This document shows positions 39,267 to 48,188 of a DNA stretch of 64,000 nt, one piece after another. The DNA is from a virus (lineage: Duplodnaviria; Caudoviricetes): positions 758 to 64,757 of IMG/VR virus record IMGVR_UViG_3300031565_000020; one strand, given 5' to 3'. The notes beneath the pieces are model-generated. The model worked only from the letters and a program-made list of their open reading frames with translations. It was not told the DNA's origin and did not search any database. A program made the translations under genes and the position numbers. Every line of letters starts with the position of its first letter. The first letter of the stretch is position 1.

Positions 39267-39866
39267 TTATTTTCTCCTTTGTTTTTCCGTTTTATTCCCA
39301 TGTTTCCAGCCGACATAACATCCGTTATCCAGATGCCAATTAACAATATCAAGATTAGTCTGCCCCGGGGCAGTGCCTGGTTTGATTTCCATGTCGTTGT
39401 AATTTAAAACAAGGGATGTAAGCTTTGTAAGTCCACTAAGCGAACTTATGTCGGTTATTTTGTTGTAGTCTAAATAAAGGTATATAAGCCCTGTAAGCCT
39501 GCTTAATGTGCTTATGTCACTGATTGAGTTGCCGTCTAAATAAAGTTCTGTAAGCTTTATAAGCCCTCTTAATGGGTTGATGTCACTTATTGAGTTGTCA
39601 TTTAAACTAAGGTATATAAGCTCTGTAAGTTCGCTTAATGGGCTAATATCAGTTATTTTGTTGTTATATAAGTAAAGGTCTGTAAGAGCTGTACAGTACT
39701 CTAAACCAGTTATATTTGAAATCTTTTTATTGCTAGCACGTAATGATTTTATTCCGACCAAATCAGAAGCTAAAATATCCCCAGTTGGTTTATTGATCTT
39801 TAAACGGATGACAGCTTCTAGATTTTTATCAGGGAAATTCACAACCATATTATTTTCATTTTTCAT
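39267..39866 (-). CDS. internalin-type LRR protein 1 (4 internal modules)
   Basis: Start reassigned to ATG 39866 (GGGGAG RBS, MKNENNMVVNFPD as in paralogues) rather than 40061. Confidence 0.92.
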   Translation of the reverse strand: MKNENNMVVNFPDKNLEAVIRLKINKPTGDILASDLVGIKSLRASNKKISNITGLEYCTALTDLYLYNNKITDISPLSELTELIYLSLNDNSISDINPLRGLIKLTELYLDGNSISDISTLSRLTGLIYLYLDYNKITDISSLSGLTKLTSLVLNYNDMEIKPGTAPGQTNLDIVNWHLDNGCYVGWKHGNKTEKQRRK

Positions 39867-40671
39867 TTGTTTCTCCCCACTCTTCCCTTTTACCATATTG
39901 TTTACACACATACCACCACCAATGATTGGTTTTGTCAATGCTACACGCATACCGCAATTTATGTTTTTGCATCTTTTTTTCCTCTGTACCGTCTTTTGTG
40001 TACATAGTCCTAAACGGGTTACAACAATAACCGGCAATACAGTTCTTACATGTGTCATCACTTTGTTTTATGACATACTGCTGATTACTAATCAAATCAA
40101 CACAAGTCTTTTCTTTGTATTCTTTTTTCCATATATACCAAGCATAGACTTGCATACCTGTTATATATTTTCCGTCATCCCTAATTTCATCGCTTAACAT
40201 AGGGTAACGGGTGAATGTCTCTATGTTTGTGAGGTAAAACCCATTAAGCCCTGTAAATATTTTTTCGGAAAACCTTTGTTGTCCGGAAAAATACGATTGC
40301 GGTAGTAAAAAAGCAAATGCTTTTTGCGCAACAAGGCCTGCTTGCTGGATAAAAGCGCCAGCGTGTATAAACGGCGGATTACCTATTATGTAAGCTGGTT
40401 TTTCTGCAACAAAATCAAAAGGTTTTAAGAAATCAAATTCAGGATACTGAATTGCCTTAACAGTCTTAAAATATTGCTGCAACACCTTTACCATCGCACC
40501 CTTACCCGCTGCTGGCTCCAATACTGGCAGCGTAAAATCAAAAAAATCTTTATACTTATCTATAAATTGTCTTGTCATAGAATAAGGTGTCTGGTAATCA
40601 TCATCCTTATTGCGTTGACCCTGGTTAACCTTACTATAACATTTACCCGTTTTATTTTTTTCTTTTTCCAT
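39856..40671 (-). CDS. amino-type DNA methyltransferase (probably N6-adenine)
   Basis: D.Y.TP, VLEPAAGKG (SAM motif I), NPPF (motif IV), YAW..W; Cys-rich C-terminal tail. Confidence 0.85.
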   Translation of the reverse strand: MEKEKNKTGKCYSKVNQGQRNKDDDYQTPYSMTRQFIDKYKDFFDFTLPVLEPAAGKGAMVKVLQQYFKTVKAIQYPEFDFLKPFDFVAEKPAYIIGNPPFIHAGAFIQQAGLVAQKAFAFLLPQSYFSGQQRFSEKIFTGLNGFYLTNIETFTRYPMLSDEIRDDGKYITGMQVYAWYIWKKEYKEKTCVDLISNQQYVIKQSDDTCKNCIAGYCCNPFRTMYTKDGTEEKKMQKHKLRYACSIDKTNHWWWYVCKQYGKREEWGETNEK

Positions 40672-40788
40672 TCTTTTTCCTTAATCCGTATTTATTTAAT
40701 TCTTGCATTATATAAGCATCCAATAACCAATATAGAATCAATCCACCAATAAACATCATGTACAAAAGAAACCACAATTGATAACCCA

Positions 40789-41136
40789 TTAATAATCTCC
40801 CTTTTCCTTATTCTCTTTTGCCGTCTTAATATCCGCACGTATACCATCACGCCACGGTGTCTTAACACCTTTGACCCGATGTTCTTTTTTCATACTATAA
40901 TGATTATGTTCAACTCCTGTAAATTCTTTTCCTTTTTCTGTTATATACCAAAAACCGCCTTTTTTGTGCACTCTGTAACCGGTTCCATACAACACCTGTT
41001 TCAGCGTGACTTTTTTTGTTTTGATGCTGTCGGGCCATTCCATATATATGTTAATTGATTTGACTCCGTGTACACTAACCTTACAAGCCCTTAAAAGTAT
41101 ATCGGCATCTTTTTGTAATTGTTCTGATATTTTCAT
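40789..41136 (-). CDS. basic hypothetical protein
   Basis: 115 aa, ATGA overlap with upstream gene. Confidence 0.65.
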   Translation of the reverse strand: MKISEQLQKDADILLRACKVSVHGVKSINIYMEWPDSIKTKKVTLKQVLYGTGYRVHKKGGFWYITEKGKEFTGVEHNHYSMKKEHRVKGVKTPWRDGIRADIKTAKENKEKGDY

Positions 41137-42179
41137 TCCAAAATCCCCCTTAATATTATATGCAGGCCCACAACAGGCAGAAAATCAATAAGTATCGCAA
41201 TAATTACGAAAATAATCAACTGTAATATATTCGCATCGAGATTAAACATACTTTGAAAGTGCTCAAAAGGACTTTTAATCTCGATTTTTTCAAACTGGAT
41301 TTTTTTTGCTTCAATCATTGTGGCCTTTTCATTTTCAAGTCTGTCAATATCCTTTTCATATTTTTGAATTTGTAAAACCTTTTTCCAGATCCGATCATAC
41401 AATTTCTTATACTCGTTTGAATCGCTTTCATATTTTTCCATACGCGTTTTTAAGTCTTCCCTCATTGAATTTCGATCGGTAATTTCATTATAACAGAAAT
41501 CTATTTTTTTCTGCAAAGCGGCATATAAGTCAATGTCATTCTGGTTATTATTGTTTTGAAATCTAATATTATTCTCTTTTGCATCTTTCACAGCCGATTG
41601 ACCTGTGATCGACGTAAAAACGCTAAACATTGTAATGACTAACCATATTGCCAGGTATGTTATCCGTTTTTGTTTGATGCCAAAGTAAAAACACACAATA
41701 CCAGCAAGAGTCACACTCCCGGAAAATGAGTAGGCAAGATGTTTGCTTTCAATAAAAAACACAAAAAACTCTTTGGCATACAAAACAGTCAAAATAAGCG
41801 GTGTTACTATGGTTGCAAGCACTAACACTAAAAACACAGTTTTCTTTAATTTTACCCCCTTTTTGTTCGTCTCCTGTGGTGTTTTTACAGGGTCTTTAAT
41901 TTGCGGTTTTTCTTGTGTTTCTTCCTGTATTTCTTTCTGTATTTCTTCCGGAGTCTTTAAAACTTTATAATGTGCCACATTTCTTCCTAATGCTTTTCTT
42001 TTTATAAGCGCTTTTAATAGGTCTTGAAGTGTGCCCATATCACACTTCATGTACTCAACCATTACAGGGAAAGTCGGAAATGTGTCACGACTTTTTTTTA
42101 ATCCCTGACTTTTTTTATCTTTTACATAATCAGAAATAAACTGGTATAAAAGCTTTTGTTGTTTTTCAAACTCTGTCAT
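41133..42179 (-). CDS. membrane protein with coiled coil and possible N-terminal winged helix
   Basis: Three hydrophobic helices, coiled coil, C-terminal helix; AAAGGAG RBS. Confidence 0.75.
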   Translation of the reverse strand: MTEFEKQQKLLYQFISDYVKDKKSQGLKKSRDTFPTFPVMVEYMKCDMGTLQDLLKALIKRKALGRNVAHYKVLKTPEEIQKEIQEETQEKPQIKDPVKTPQETNKKGVKLKKTVFLVLVLATIVTPLILTVLYAKEFFVFFIESKHLAYSFSGSVTLAGIVCFYFGIKQKRITYLAIWLVITMFSVFTSITGQSAVKDAKENNIRFQNNNNQNDIDLYAALQKKIDFCYNEITDRNSMREDLKTRMEKYESDSNEYKKLYDRIWKKVLQIQKYEKDIDRLENEKATMIEAKKIQFEKIEIKSPFEHFQSMFNLDANILQLIIFVIIAILIDFLPVVGLHIILRGILE

Positions 42180-42211
42180 TTCACATTCTCCTTTCTTGAT
42201 TTACTATCATT

Positions 42212-42781
42212 TTAATCCTTCCAACCCAGTTTTTTTAAAAGCGATTCTTTACTTTTCCGCCACGCATCCAATGTCGATATACGCATTTGAATAACGGTAA
42301 ATGGATCTTTACTGTCAATCACGCTTTGTAATATGTTAATCTCTGTTGTTAGTGAGGTAATTTCTGTTTTAGTTGCTTCTATTAATTTATAATCAGTATA
42401 ATGTTGTGTAGACTTAACGGGAAATAGTGTAGTGAGATCATCTGCCATTTGTGCTTTATTACCAGTCATAGACTGCGGTTTAAGTATTTTTTTATACTTT
42501 ATATGCGGTTGAAAATATCCTGCGGCATTCGCTTTATTCAAAAACGAACTAATATTAGCAATTATTGTTTTCTTTGTCTTATCGCCTGTATTTTTTTGTT
42601 TGTTTATCACTGCCATATATAGTTCTAAGTCTTCTAATGACAATGTAAAAACACTTCTAGCCGAATGATTTGTTATGTTAAGTAGCTCAATAATGTTGCG
42701 TCTATATGTTGCTTTTACGCCTGAATTTAAATGTGAAAAAAACACTTTCATGATACCATTTATACTTTGAATTTTATTCAT
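42212..42781 (-). CDS. integrase N-terminal SAM-like domain protein without catalytic domain
   Basis: TYRRNI..L...SLEDL..Y...T....IANISSFL......GY pattern; no R..HxxR..Y motifs. Confidence 0.55.
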   Translation of the reverse strand: MNKIQSINGIMKVFFSHLNSGVKATYRRNIIELLNITNHSARSVFTLSLEDLELYMAVINKQKNTGDKTKKTIIANISSFLNKANAAGYFQPHIKYKKILKPQSMTGNKAQMADDLTTLFPVKSTQHYTDYKLIEATKTEITSLTTEINILQSVIDSKDPFTVIQMRISTLDAWRKSKESLLKKLGWKD

Positions 42782-42866
42782 TCTTTACCTTCCTTTTTTA
42801 ATTGTACACTTCATGCCATTTGTTATAATTTCTAATCTCTTCTTTCATTTTCCTTCCCCCTTTTAT

Positions 42867-43103
42867 TCAATCTAATTCCAATACTTTTGCTCGCTGATTT
42901 TCTGTAATTTCTTTTCTGTAAATCCAACGGTCCCTGTGCTCCCGACATGCTTCTAATGTAGAACGTACACAAGAAAATAAACCATGTACTTTATGTCGAA
43001 AATCATATTGACACATTTCTTTTTTTATAAAAGAACTGTAAAACATTTCATAACTCTCTTTACCTTCTTTACAAACACTACAACCGTTTTTATCGCTTTT
43101 CAT
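42867..43103 (-). CDS. DUF3873-like small protein
   Basis: NGCS.C..GKE.YE.F...QYD.RH...LFSCV..TLE.CR..RD.W; AAGGTGGTACTT leader. Confidence 0.6.
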   Translation of the reverse strand: MKSDKNGCSVCKEGKESYEMFYSSFIKKEMCQYDFRHKVHGLFSCVRSTLEACREHRDRWIYRKEITENQRAKVLELD

Positions 43104-43183
43104 AAGTACCACCTTATTTAAAGTTAATTCGCCTACCTTTTATTTTTAATGCCGGACGCACTAAACACCCGGCATATTATTAT

Positions 43184-43312
43184 TTAATATTCCTTTTTAA
43201 TATGCCCCATACTCTCGTAAGATCGCAATCTCTGTGACCGCGCTTTTAATTTTTCATATTCCGCTTTTGTAATTGTACCCATTATTTCATTGTTTGTATT
43301 CTTCTTCTTCAT
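43184..43312 (-). CDS. small early protein
   Basis: 42 aa MKKKNTNNEIMGTITKAEYEKL..., AACTTTAAGGTGGTACTT leader identical to that before 3873. Confidence 0.6.
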   Translation of the reverse strand: MKKKNTNNEIMGTITKAEYEKLKARSQRLRSYESMGHIKKEY

Positions 43313-43363
43313 AAGTACCACCTTAAAGTTAATTTTTAAGCTAGTTGCCAACTAACTAATATT

Positions 43364-43392
43364 AGTATATTACATAAGTTTGTTTATGTCAA
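43364..43392 (-). promoter_or_regulatory. early promoter facing the minus-strand block that ends in the LRR array
   Basis: TTGACA-17nt-TATACT with CTTGTTGACA.AAACAAA core. Confidence 0.75.
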
Positions 43393-44292
43393 CAAGTTTT
43401 TATATGTTTTCTTAACTTTCTTCATAAACAACTTACTTTCATCTTGTGTAAGGTTGTCGGCGGCCTTTTCAGCACTTATAATAAAACTAACTACACCCAA
43501 GCTATCAAGTAACAAACTAAGTTTTTGACTACCGTCTCTGCCTGCGCTATCAGGATCAAAGTAGATGAAAACTACCTTGAAACAAGATAGTAACAAGACT
43601 TGTTGCTCTGTGAAGATACGACCTAAGGTCGCGCAAGTGTTATCGCCTAACTTCCAAACTTTCATAAATCCCTCTGTTACTATACACCAATCTTTTTGAC
43701 AGTTATCGAAGTTGTAAAGTATATGCTTATGGTGCACTATCTCTTTTGGCTTTGAACACGCTTTGTACCGTTGCTCGCTTTGATTAGTTATGTCTCTTCC
43801 TTGGTAGCTAACCAACTTTTTATTGTAAAAAAAGGGTACAACAACCCTTAATCGATATGCACCAAGTGGGCCGGTCCCTGTTATCTTATACTTATGTATG
43901 AGGTAATCAGGGCTAAATCCTCTTTGTTTCAAGTAGTTTTTATGTAATTTTGTTAGATTTTGCCCTGGTAATATAACTTTTTTGGGTATTTCTTTTAGTT
44001 TTCTTTCATTATTGTTTAATTTTAATAATAATTGATAACCTGGACGATACTGTTTTACGATCTGTTGTGGGCTCGTATCCGGTGCAAGTAGTTTTAGTGT
44101 GGCAAAAATTGATTTTTTACCACATTTCCAACAGCTCGCACCCATACCATTTTTTGCAATTCCAAAATGGTACCCGTGATCATCACAGCCAGGGAAAGGG
44201 CAATGAATATTTAAGAAATTTTCAGACGTGTTTGGACCTTCCGTAATGAAATCAATATTGTAATCCCCTAGAAACCGTTCAACATCGAACAT
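43384..44292 (-). CDS. DNA primase (Zn-finger plus TOPRIM)
   Basis: CPF..C.D...CWKCG, YLKQRG, YQGRDI, VTEG, FDPD.AG. Confidence 0.85.
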   Translation of the reverse strand: MFDVERFLGDYNIDFITEGPNTSENFLNIHCPFPGCDDHGYHFGIAKNGMGASCWKCGKKSIFATLKLLAPDTSPQQIVKQYRPGYQLLLKLNNNERKLKEIPKKVILPGQNLTKLHKNYLKQRGFSPDYLIHKYKITGTGPLGAYRLRVVVPFFYNKKLVSYQGRDITNQSEQRYKACSKPKEIVHHKHILYNFDNCQKDWCIVTEGFMKVWKLGDNTCATLGRIFTEQQVLLLSCFKVVFIYFDPDSAGRDGSQKLSLLLDSLGVVSFIISAEKAADNLTQDESKLFMKKVKKTYKNLLT

Positions 44293-44353
44293 TATTTTAA
44301 AATTCCTTTTCTGTGATATTAATCTTATTCATTCTTGTACTTCTTTTTAACGC

Positions 44354-44638
44354 CTACTTGTGACGGTGCCGATGATGTTGTGGTGGTGCCGATAATGGGT
44401 GTGGTTTTGGGTAATCAGGTGCGTCACTGTTTTTTGTATATACTCTTTTTCTCCCATCCCTGGTTTTTGCATATGCATTATTTATCTTCTCTTCAATTAT
44501 CTGGTATTTTTTATCAAATTTATGTATAGTTTTCTTTTGTTCTGCAAAGATTTTTTTTAATTCATACCGCATAATAGTAAACAAACAACCGGATAAAAAC
44601 ACACAAAAACATAACATTCCTGTTTGAAAATCTGTCAT
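44354..44638 (-). CDS. small membrane-anchored protein
   Basis: AAGGAGG RBS; N-terminal hydrophobic helix. Confidence 0.65.
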   Translation of the reverse strand: MTDFQTGMLCFCVFLSGCLFTIMRYELKKIFAEQKKTIHKFDKKYQIIEEKINNAYAKTRDGRKRVYTKNSDAPDYPKPHPLSAPPQHHRHRHK

Positions 44639-44651
44639 TTAAAAACCTCCT

Positions 44652-46289
44652 TTATAAGTTCACAATATCCGTAAACCCTTCTTTCTTATAATCATCAATC
44701 CTCATAAGTGTATGTTTTTCAAGTATGCAATTATGACTATCAAAAAAATCATATACATTAACACTAGTTTTACCTGTATCAATCCTTAACGCACGCCCTA
44801 ACCTTTGTATTGTTTGTATATAGCTTTTTCCCCCGCCGGCAATTATCAATGTGCGTATACAATTAATAGATATACCCTGATCAAATATACCGGACGCGAT
44901 TAATACAAAGTCATCTGTATCATTGAAAAGCTCCACATTATATTCACGGATAGACACAGCATCGCTACCGGAAATAAATACGCTGTTAGGGATGATGGAA
45001 GCAAGTTTTTGCCCGTGTTCGATCCTTTTCACCAATATCATAGTTTTGTTTGATTTTAGGGTTATTTCTTTGATCTTTTGATTCCTTATGTCGTTGTCAA
45101 TAATTCCCATTTGTTCGGCATTTCTCCAGCGTTTCTCGTATAAGTTATCTGGTTTGGTAATTGGCACCATGAATATTCTAGGCTTTGCTATTTTTTCCTG
45201 GGCAATGAGATTTACAGCCGGCAATGTATACTCAATATCTCCAATGTACTCTTGCACTTTAAGTTTTTTTACTCTTTCTTTTTCGACAAATGGCGTTGCA
45301 GAAAAGCCAAACCGGTAAATAAAATCATTACTTTGAAGAAATGACCGAAATGTGTATGACACTGCTGTGTGACATTCATCAACAATTACAGTATCATATT
45401 TTTCTTTCAACTTGTGTACAGAATTGATACTACACATAATTATTTTTCTACCTTTCTCATCAACTACCGCACCTGTAATAATGCCTACATTGAGTCCGGC
45501 ATCCTGTGCGCGTTTGTAGGTTTGTCTTAATACCGATACCGCTTTGAACAGTAATAATACTTTTCTATTCATTAATTTACAAAGGGCGAGAAATATTTCA
45601 GATTTTCCGCCGCTTGTCGGAAGCTTAATTACCACGTTTACTTTTTTAAGACAGACCTTAACGGCCTTTATTTGGTAATCATATAATGACAAGTAACCGA
45701 GACAATCCTTAATTTCACTGTTTGTAAACTTGTACTTAGTTTTGTTTCTTTTATCGTTAGTTTTGACCTTGTTATTATCTAGTTTTAATCTAGCTACAAG
45801 CCCTTTTTTGAACCCTATACCCATTTTTACATAAGGGTTAGTTTTGTTTTTTTCTAAACTAGCAAACTCTACTATTTGGCGTTTGCTTGCGTCATATGAT
45901 CCCGATAAGTAACACATACTATAATCATACGTTTGATATACAATCAATAATCTATTGAGAAAATCAGTATCTTTTGATTCTACCGTCAAATGGTTGTTAT
46001 ACAATTGAACGGTAATCGGCTTATTGCTAATTAGTTTGTCTGAGTTAGTTTCTTTGCAGCCTGGTTTGAAAGTTATATCGAAACCTAATTTTCTAATTAT
46101 CTTCAATGTTTCCGGGCGGTTATGTACTATCCATTGTTTGTTATAGTCTGTGTATTTTCTGTATTTACTTGGAATTGTTCTTATTGCAGCAATGATTTTA
46201 ATAAATTCCGGACGTGGTAGATATTTTATTTTCAGTGTGAATTTGTCATCAACGCAAATCGCCTCAAGCACGATTTCTTTACTAATCAA
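44652..46289 (-). CDS. superfamily 2 DNA helicase (UvsW-like)
   Basis: YQ, PTSGGKS, DECH, SATP, QRLGRALR. Confidence 0.9.
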   Translation of the reverse strand: MISKEIVLEAICVDDKFTLKIKYLPRPEFIKIIAAIRTIPSKYRKYTDYNKQWIVHNRPETLKIIRKLGFDITFKPGCKETNSDKLISNKPITVQLYNNHLTVESKDTDFLNRLLIVYQTYDYSMCYLSGSYDASKRQIVEFASLEKNKTNPYVKMGIGFKKGLVARLKLDNNKVKTNDKRNKTKYKFTNSEIKDCLGYLSLYDYQIKAVKVCLKKVNVVIKLPTSGGKSEIFLALCKLMNRKVLLLFKAVSVLRQTYKRAQDAGLNVGIITGAVVDEKGRKIIMCSINSVHKLKEKYDTVIVDECHTAVSYTFRSFLQSNDFIYRFGFSATPFVEKERVKKLKVQEYIGDIEYTLPAVNLIAQEKIAKPRIFMVPITKPDNLYEKRWRNAEQMGIIDNDIRNQKIKEITLKSNKTMILVKRIEHGQKLASIIPNSVFISGSDAVSIREYNVELFNDTDDFVLIASGIFDQGISINCIRTLIIAGGGKSYIQTIQRLGRALRIDTGKTSVNVYDFFDSHNCILEKHTLMRIDDYKKEGFTDIVNL

Positions 46290-46573
46290 TTTGAGCTCCT
46301 ATTTTTTGTTTTTATATTATTACCATATCCATAGATTTTTGTCAAGTAATTTGTATTCTTGTAATCAATTGATGTACAAAACTGTAACTAAAAGTATTGA
46401 TATGTTGTGTAATACGAGAGGTCAATTATAACCAAAATTATACAAAAGTGTAACGCATAATGAATGAAAATGTTTAAAATATAAGAAATATGTTTATAAA
46501 CTTTGTAGAATCAAAAGTATAAAACATACAAGACTACTACATAAATGTATAGTAAAAATAGTTAAAATATATG

Positions 46574-46624
46574 TTGACAGCTTTAACCTATTATAGTAGA
46601 CTCTTTTAACCTATTTAGGTTAAA
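46574..46624 (+). promoter_or_regulatory. promoter with overlapping operator-like palindrome
   Basis: TTGACA-17nt-TAGACT; TTTAACCTA half-site in spacer and TTTAACCTA-TT-TAGGTTAAA at 46605-46624. Confidence 0.55.
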
Positions 46625-46729
46625 GTAATAAGCATATATGGTAAACGTCATTAATCTATATAGTAAAAACCATGTACTATTATTTATAGTTTTTATAAGA
46701 AAAATCTGAGATTATAGGAGAAAAATAGC

Positions 46730-48133
46730 ATGAACGATATTGAAACTGTGGCAAGTGCTGACACGTGGTATTTGTATGGCGATGGATTGCTTTTGGAATT
46801 AGGCATGGATACCACTTTACTTTTGTCACGAATAATAAATATATACACCCAATTGAATTTTACAACCGATTACTTTGAGTGTAGTGTTGTATCTATAAGA
46901 AGAGAGATTGAAATGTCTGCTCATAGACAACGGATTTCAATAGAAAAACTAACAAAGTTGGGAATAATAAAGACTAAAAATAGCGATTTGCCTGCAACAC
47001 GAAAAGTAAAACTTTGTAACACAAACATTATCAATACTGTAAAGGATGTTTATGGTGGTGAAGAGGGGGGTGGTTTTGAGCAAAACAAAAGTGTCGAATT
47101 TGAGTTGATTTTTCCAAAAACACAGTTATATATTACATATATAACATTATATTCTCTTTATTATTTATTAATAATAAATAATAGAGTTATCAAAAATGAT
47201 AACTCCTATTTGTCCACTTTAAATTTTTTTTCAAATAGGAAAATACTTTCTTTTGAAGAGAGAGAAAAAAAAACAAAAGAAAAAAACAATGAACTAAAAA
47301 ACAAAATTTTATCCGATGAAAATTTCTTGGAAATTATAAGAACATTTTCAGATTTTCCGGCCCCGGCAGTTACACACAATGTGAACAAAATAACGAACAC
47401 ACTTGCAGAAGCGTACAGTCTATACCAGCACTTGCTTAACGGTACATTTTTCGATAATTGTAAACAAATCACAGAGCCGTGGATCGTTGCCAATAAAGGC
47501 GATTGGAGTAAATTAAAGGAAAAAAAATGGAAACACAAGAAAATTATGAAAGTACTGAAAGAGGCCGGAAAACCATATTTACCAGACTATTACCCATTTT
47601 CAAAAGATGACAAAAAAAAGATTTTGCCGAAGAGCTTGCCACAATTATTTTATAATCCCTTCGTAAAAAAATGCCCGTCTTCTTTTATTCGTGCCTATTT
47701 ACAGCCGCCGAAACTATCTCCGGTACAAGAAATCACAGACAAGTACCCGGGAATTACTACTGAAATTTCGCAGATGTGCGACGTAACACCTCGGATAATT
47801 ATACGTGCTATCACATATTTAGAGCCCTTCTACAATGAAATTTGTAACAAGTCGATTATTTTTGAAGATGGTAAAAAATACACCCGGTTATCCCTTGACA
47901 TGGAGTTTTCGCGCCATTTGGGAACGTTTGTAAAGTTTTTAGGCGTGTATGTCGAGTGGTTAGGGTCTTTATCGGAAAAATGGCGCAACCAGCAATCAGT
48001 AAGGCTCGCGGGTGTTACGCGTGGTTGGTTCGACGAGTACTTGAAAAAAAATTATGATATTATTTTAGAGCCTAATGACAGCTATTTACAACGGTTGGCG
48101 CGAGATTTGAAAAGAATGAAATCCGGTTATTGA
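46730..48133 (+). CDS. putative replication initiator-like DNA-binding protein
   Basis: N-terminal winged-helix-like pattern (I..E..MS...Q...I.KL..LGII......P), AT-rich linker; divergent from helicase. Confidence 0.55.
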   Translation: MNDIETVASADTWYLYGDGLLLELGMDTTLLLSRIINIYTQLNFTTDYFECSVVSIRREIEMSAHRQRISIEKLTKLGIIKTKNSDLPATRKVKLCNTNIINTVKDVYGGEEGGGFEQNKSVEFELIFPKTQLYITYITLYSLYYLLIINNRVIKNDNSYLSTLNFFSNRKILSFEEREKKTKEKNNELKNKILSDENFLEIIRTFSDFPAPAVTHNVNKITNTLAEAYSLYQHLLNGTFFDNCKQITEPWIVANKGDWSKLKEKKWKHKKIMKVLKEAGKPYLPDYYPFSKDDKKKILPKSLPQLFYNPFVKKCPSSFIRAYLQPPKLSPVQEITDKYPGITTEISQMCDVTPRIIIRAITYLEPFYNEICNKSIIFEDGKKYTRLSLDMEFSRHLGTFVKFLGVYVEWLGSLSEKWRNQQSVRLAGVTRGWFDEYLKKNYDIILEPNDSYLQRLARDLKRMKSGY

Positions 48134-48153
48134 AAAAAAATTAAAAAAATATC

Positions 48154-48182
48154 TTGACATGTTAAAAAAAATAGGTTATTAT
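48154..48182 (+). promoter_or_regulatory. promoter of the RNA island
   Basis: TTGACA-17nt-TATTAT; predicted +1 near 48189 coincides with first stem strand. Confidence 0.65.
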
Positions 48183-48188
48183 GGCGAA

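Larger units (their letters stand above)
35041..39866 (-). repeat. tandem array of 7 LRR genes built from 66-bp modules
   Basis: Shared N-cap and C-cap DNA in all seven; 38 internal LRR modules counted by eye from the translations. Confidence 0.95.

Noticed and set aside
35041-39866. LRR array as a diversity-generating retroelement or CRISPR-like array
   Set aside because: No reverse transcriptase, non-coding template repeat or cas gene; repeats are in-frame coding modules and AAC codons are largely conserved
39867-40061. 65-aa N-terminal extension of LRR1 in the ORF track
   Set aside because: Overlaps the methyltransferase; RBS and paralogue alignment place the start at 39866
35360-40197. 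Several + strand ORFs over the LRR array (e.g. 37191..37625, 38077..38688, 39730..40197)
   Set aside because: Antisense shadows produced by the repeated, codon-fixed LRR modules; no convincing RBS
42212-42781. Functional integrase / temperate lifestyle
   Set aside because: No catalytic tyrosine recombinase motifs, repressor or att site recognised
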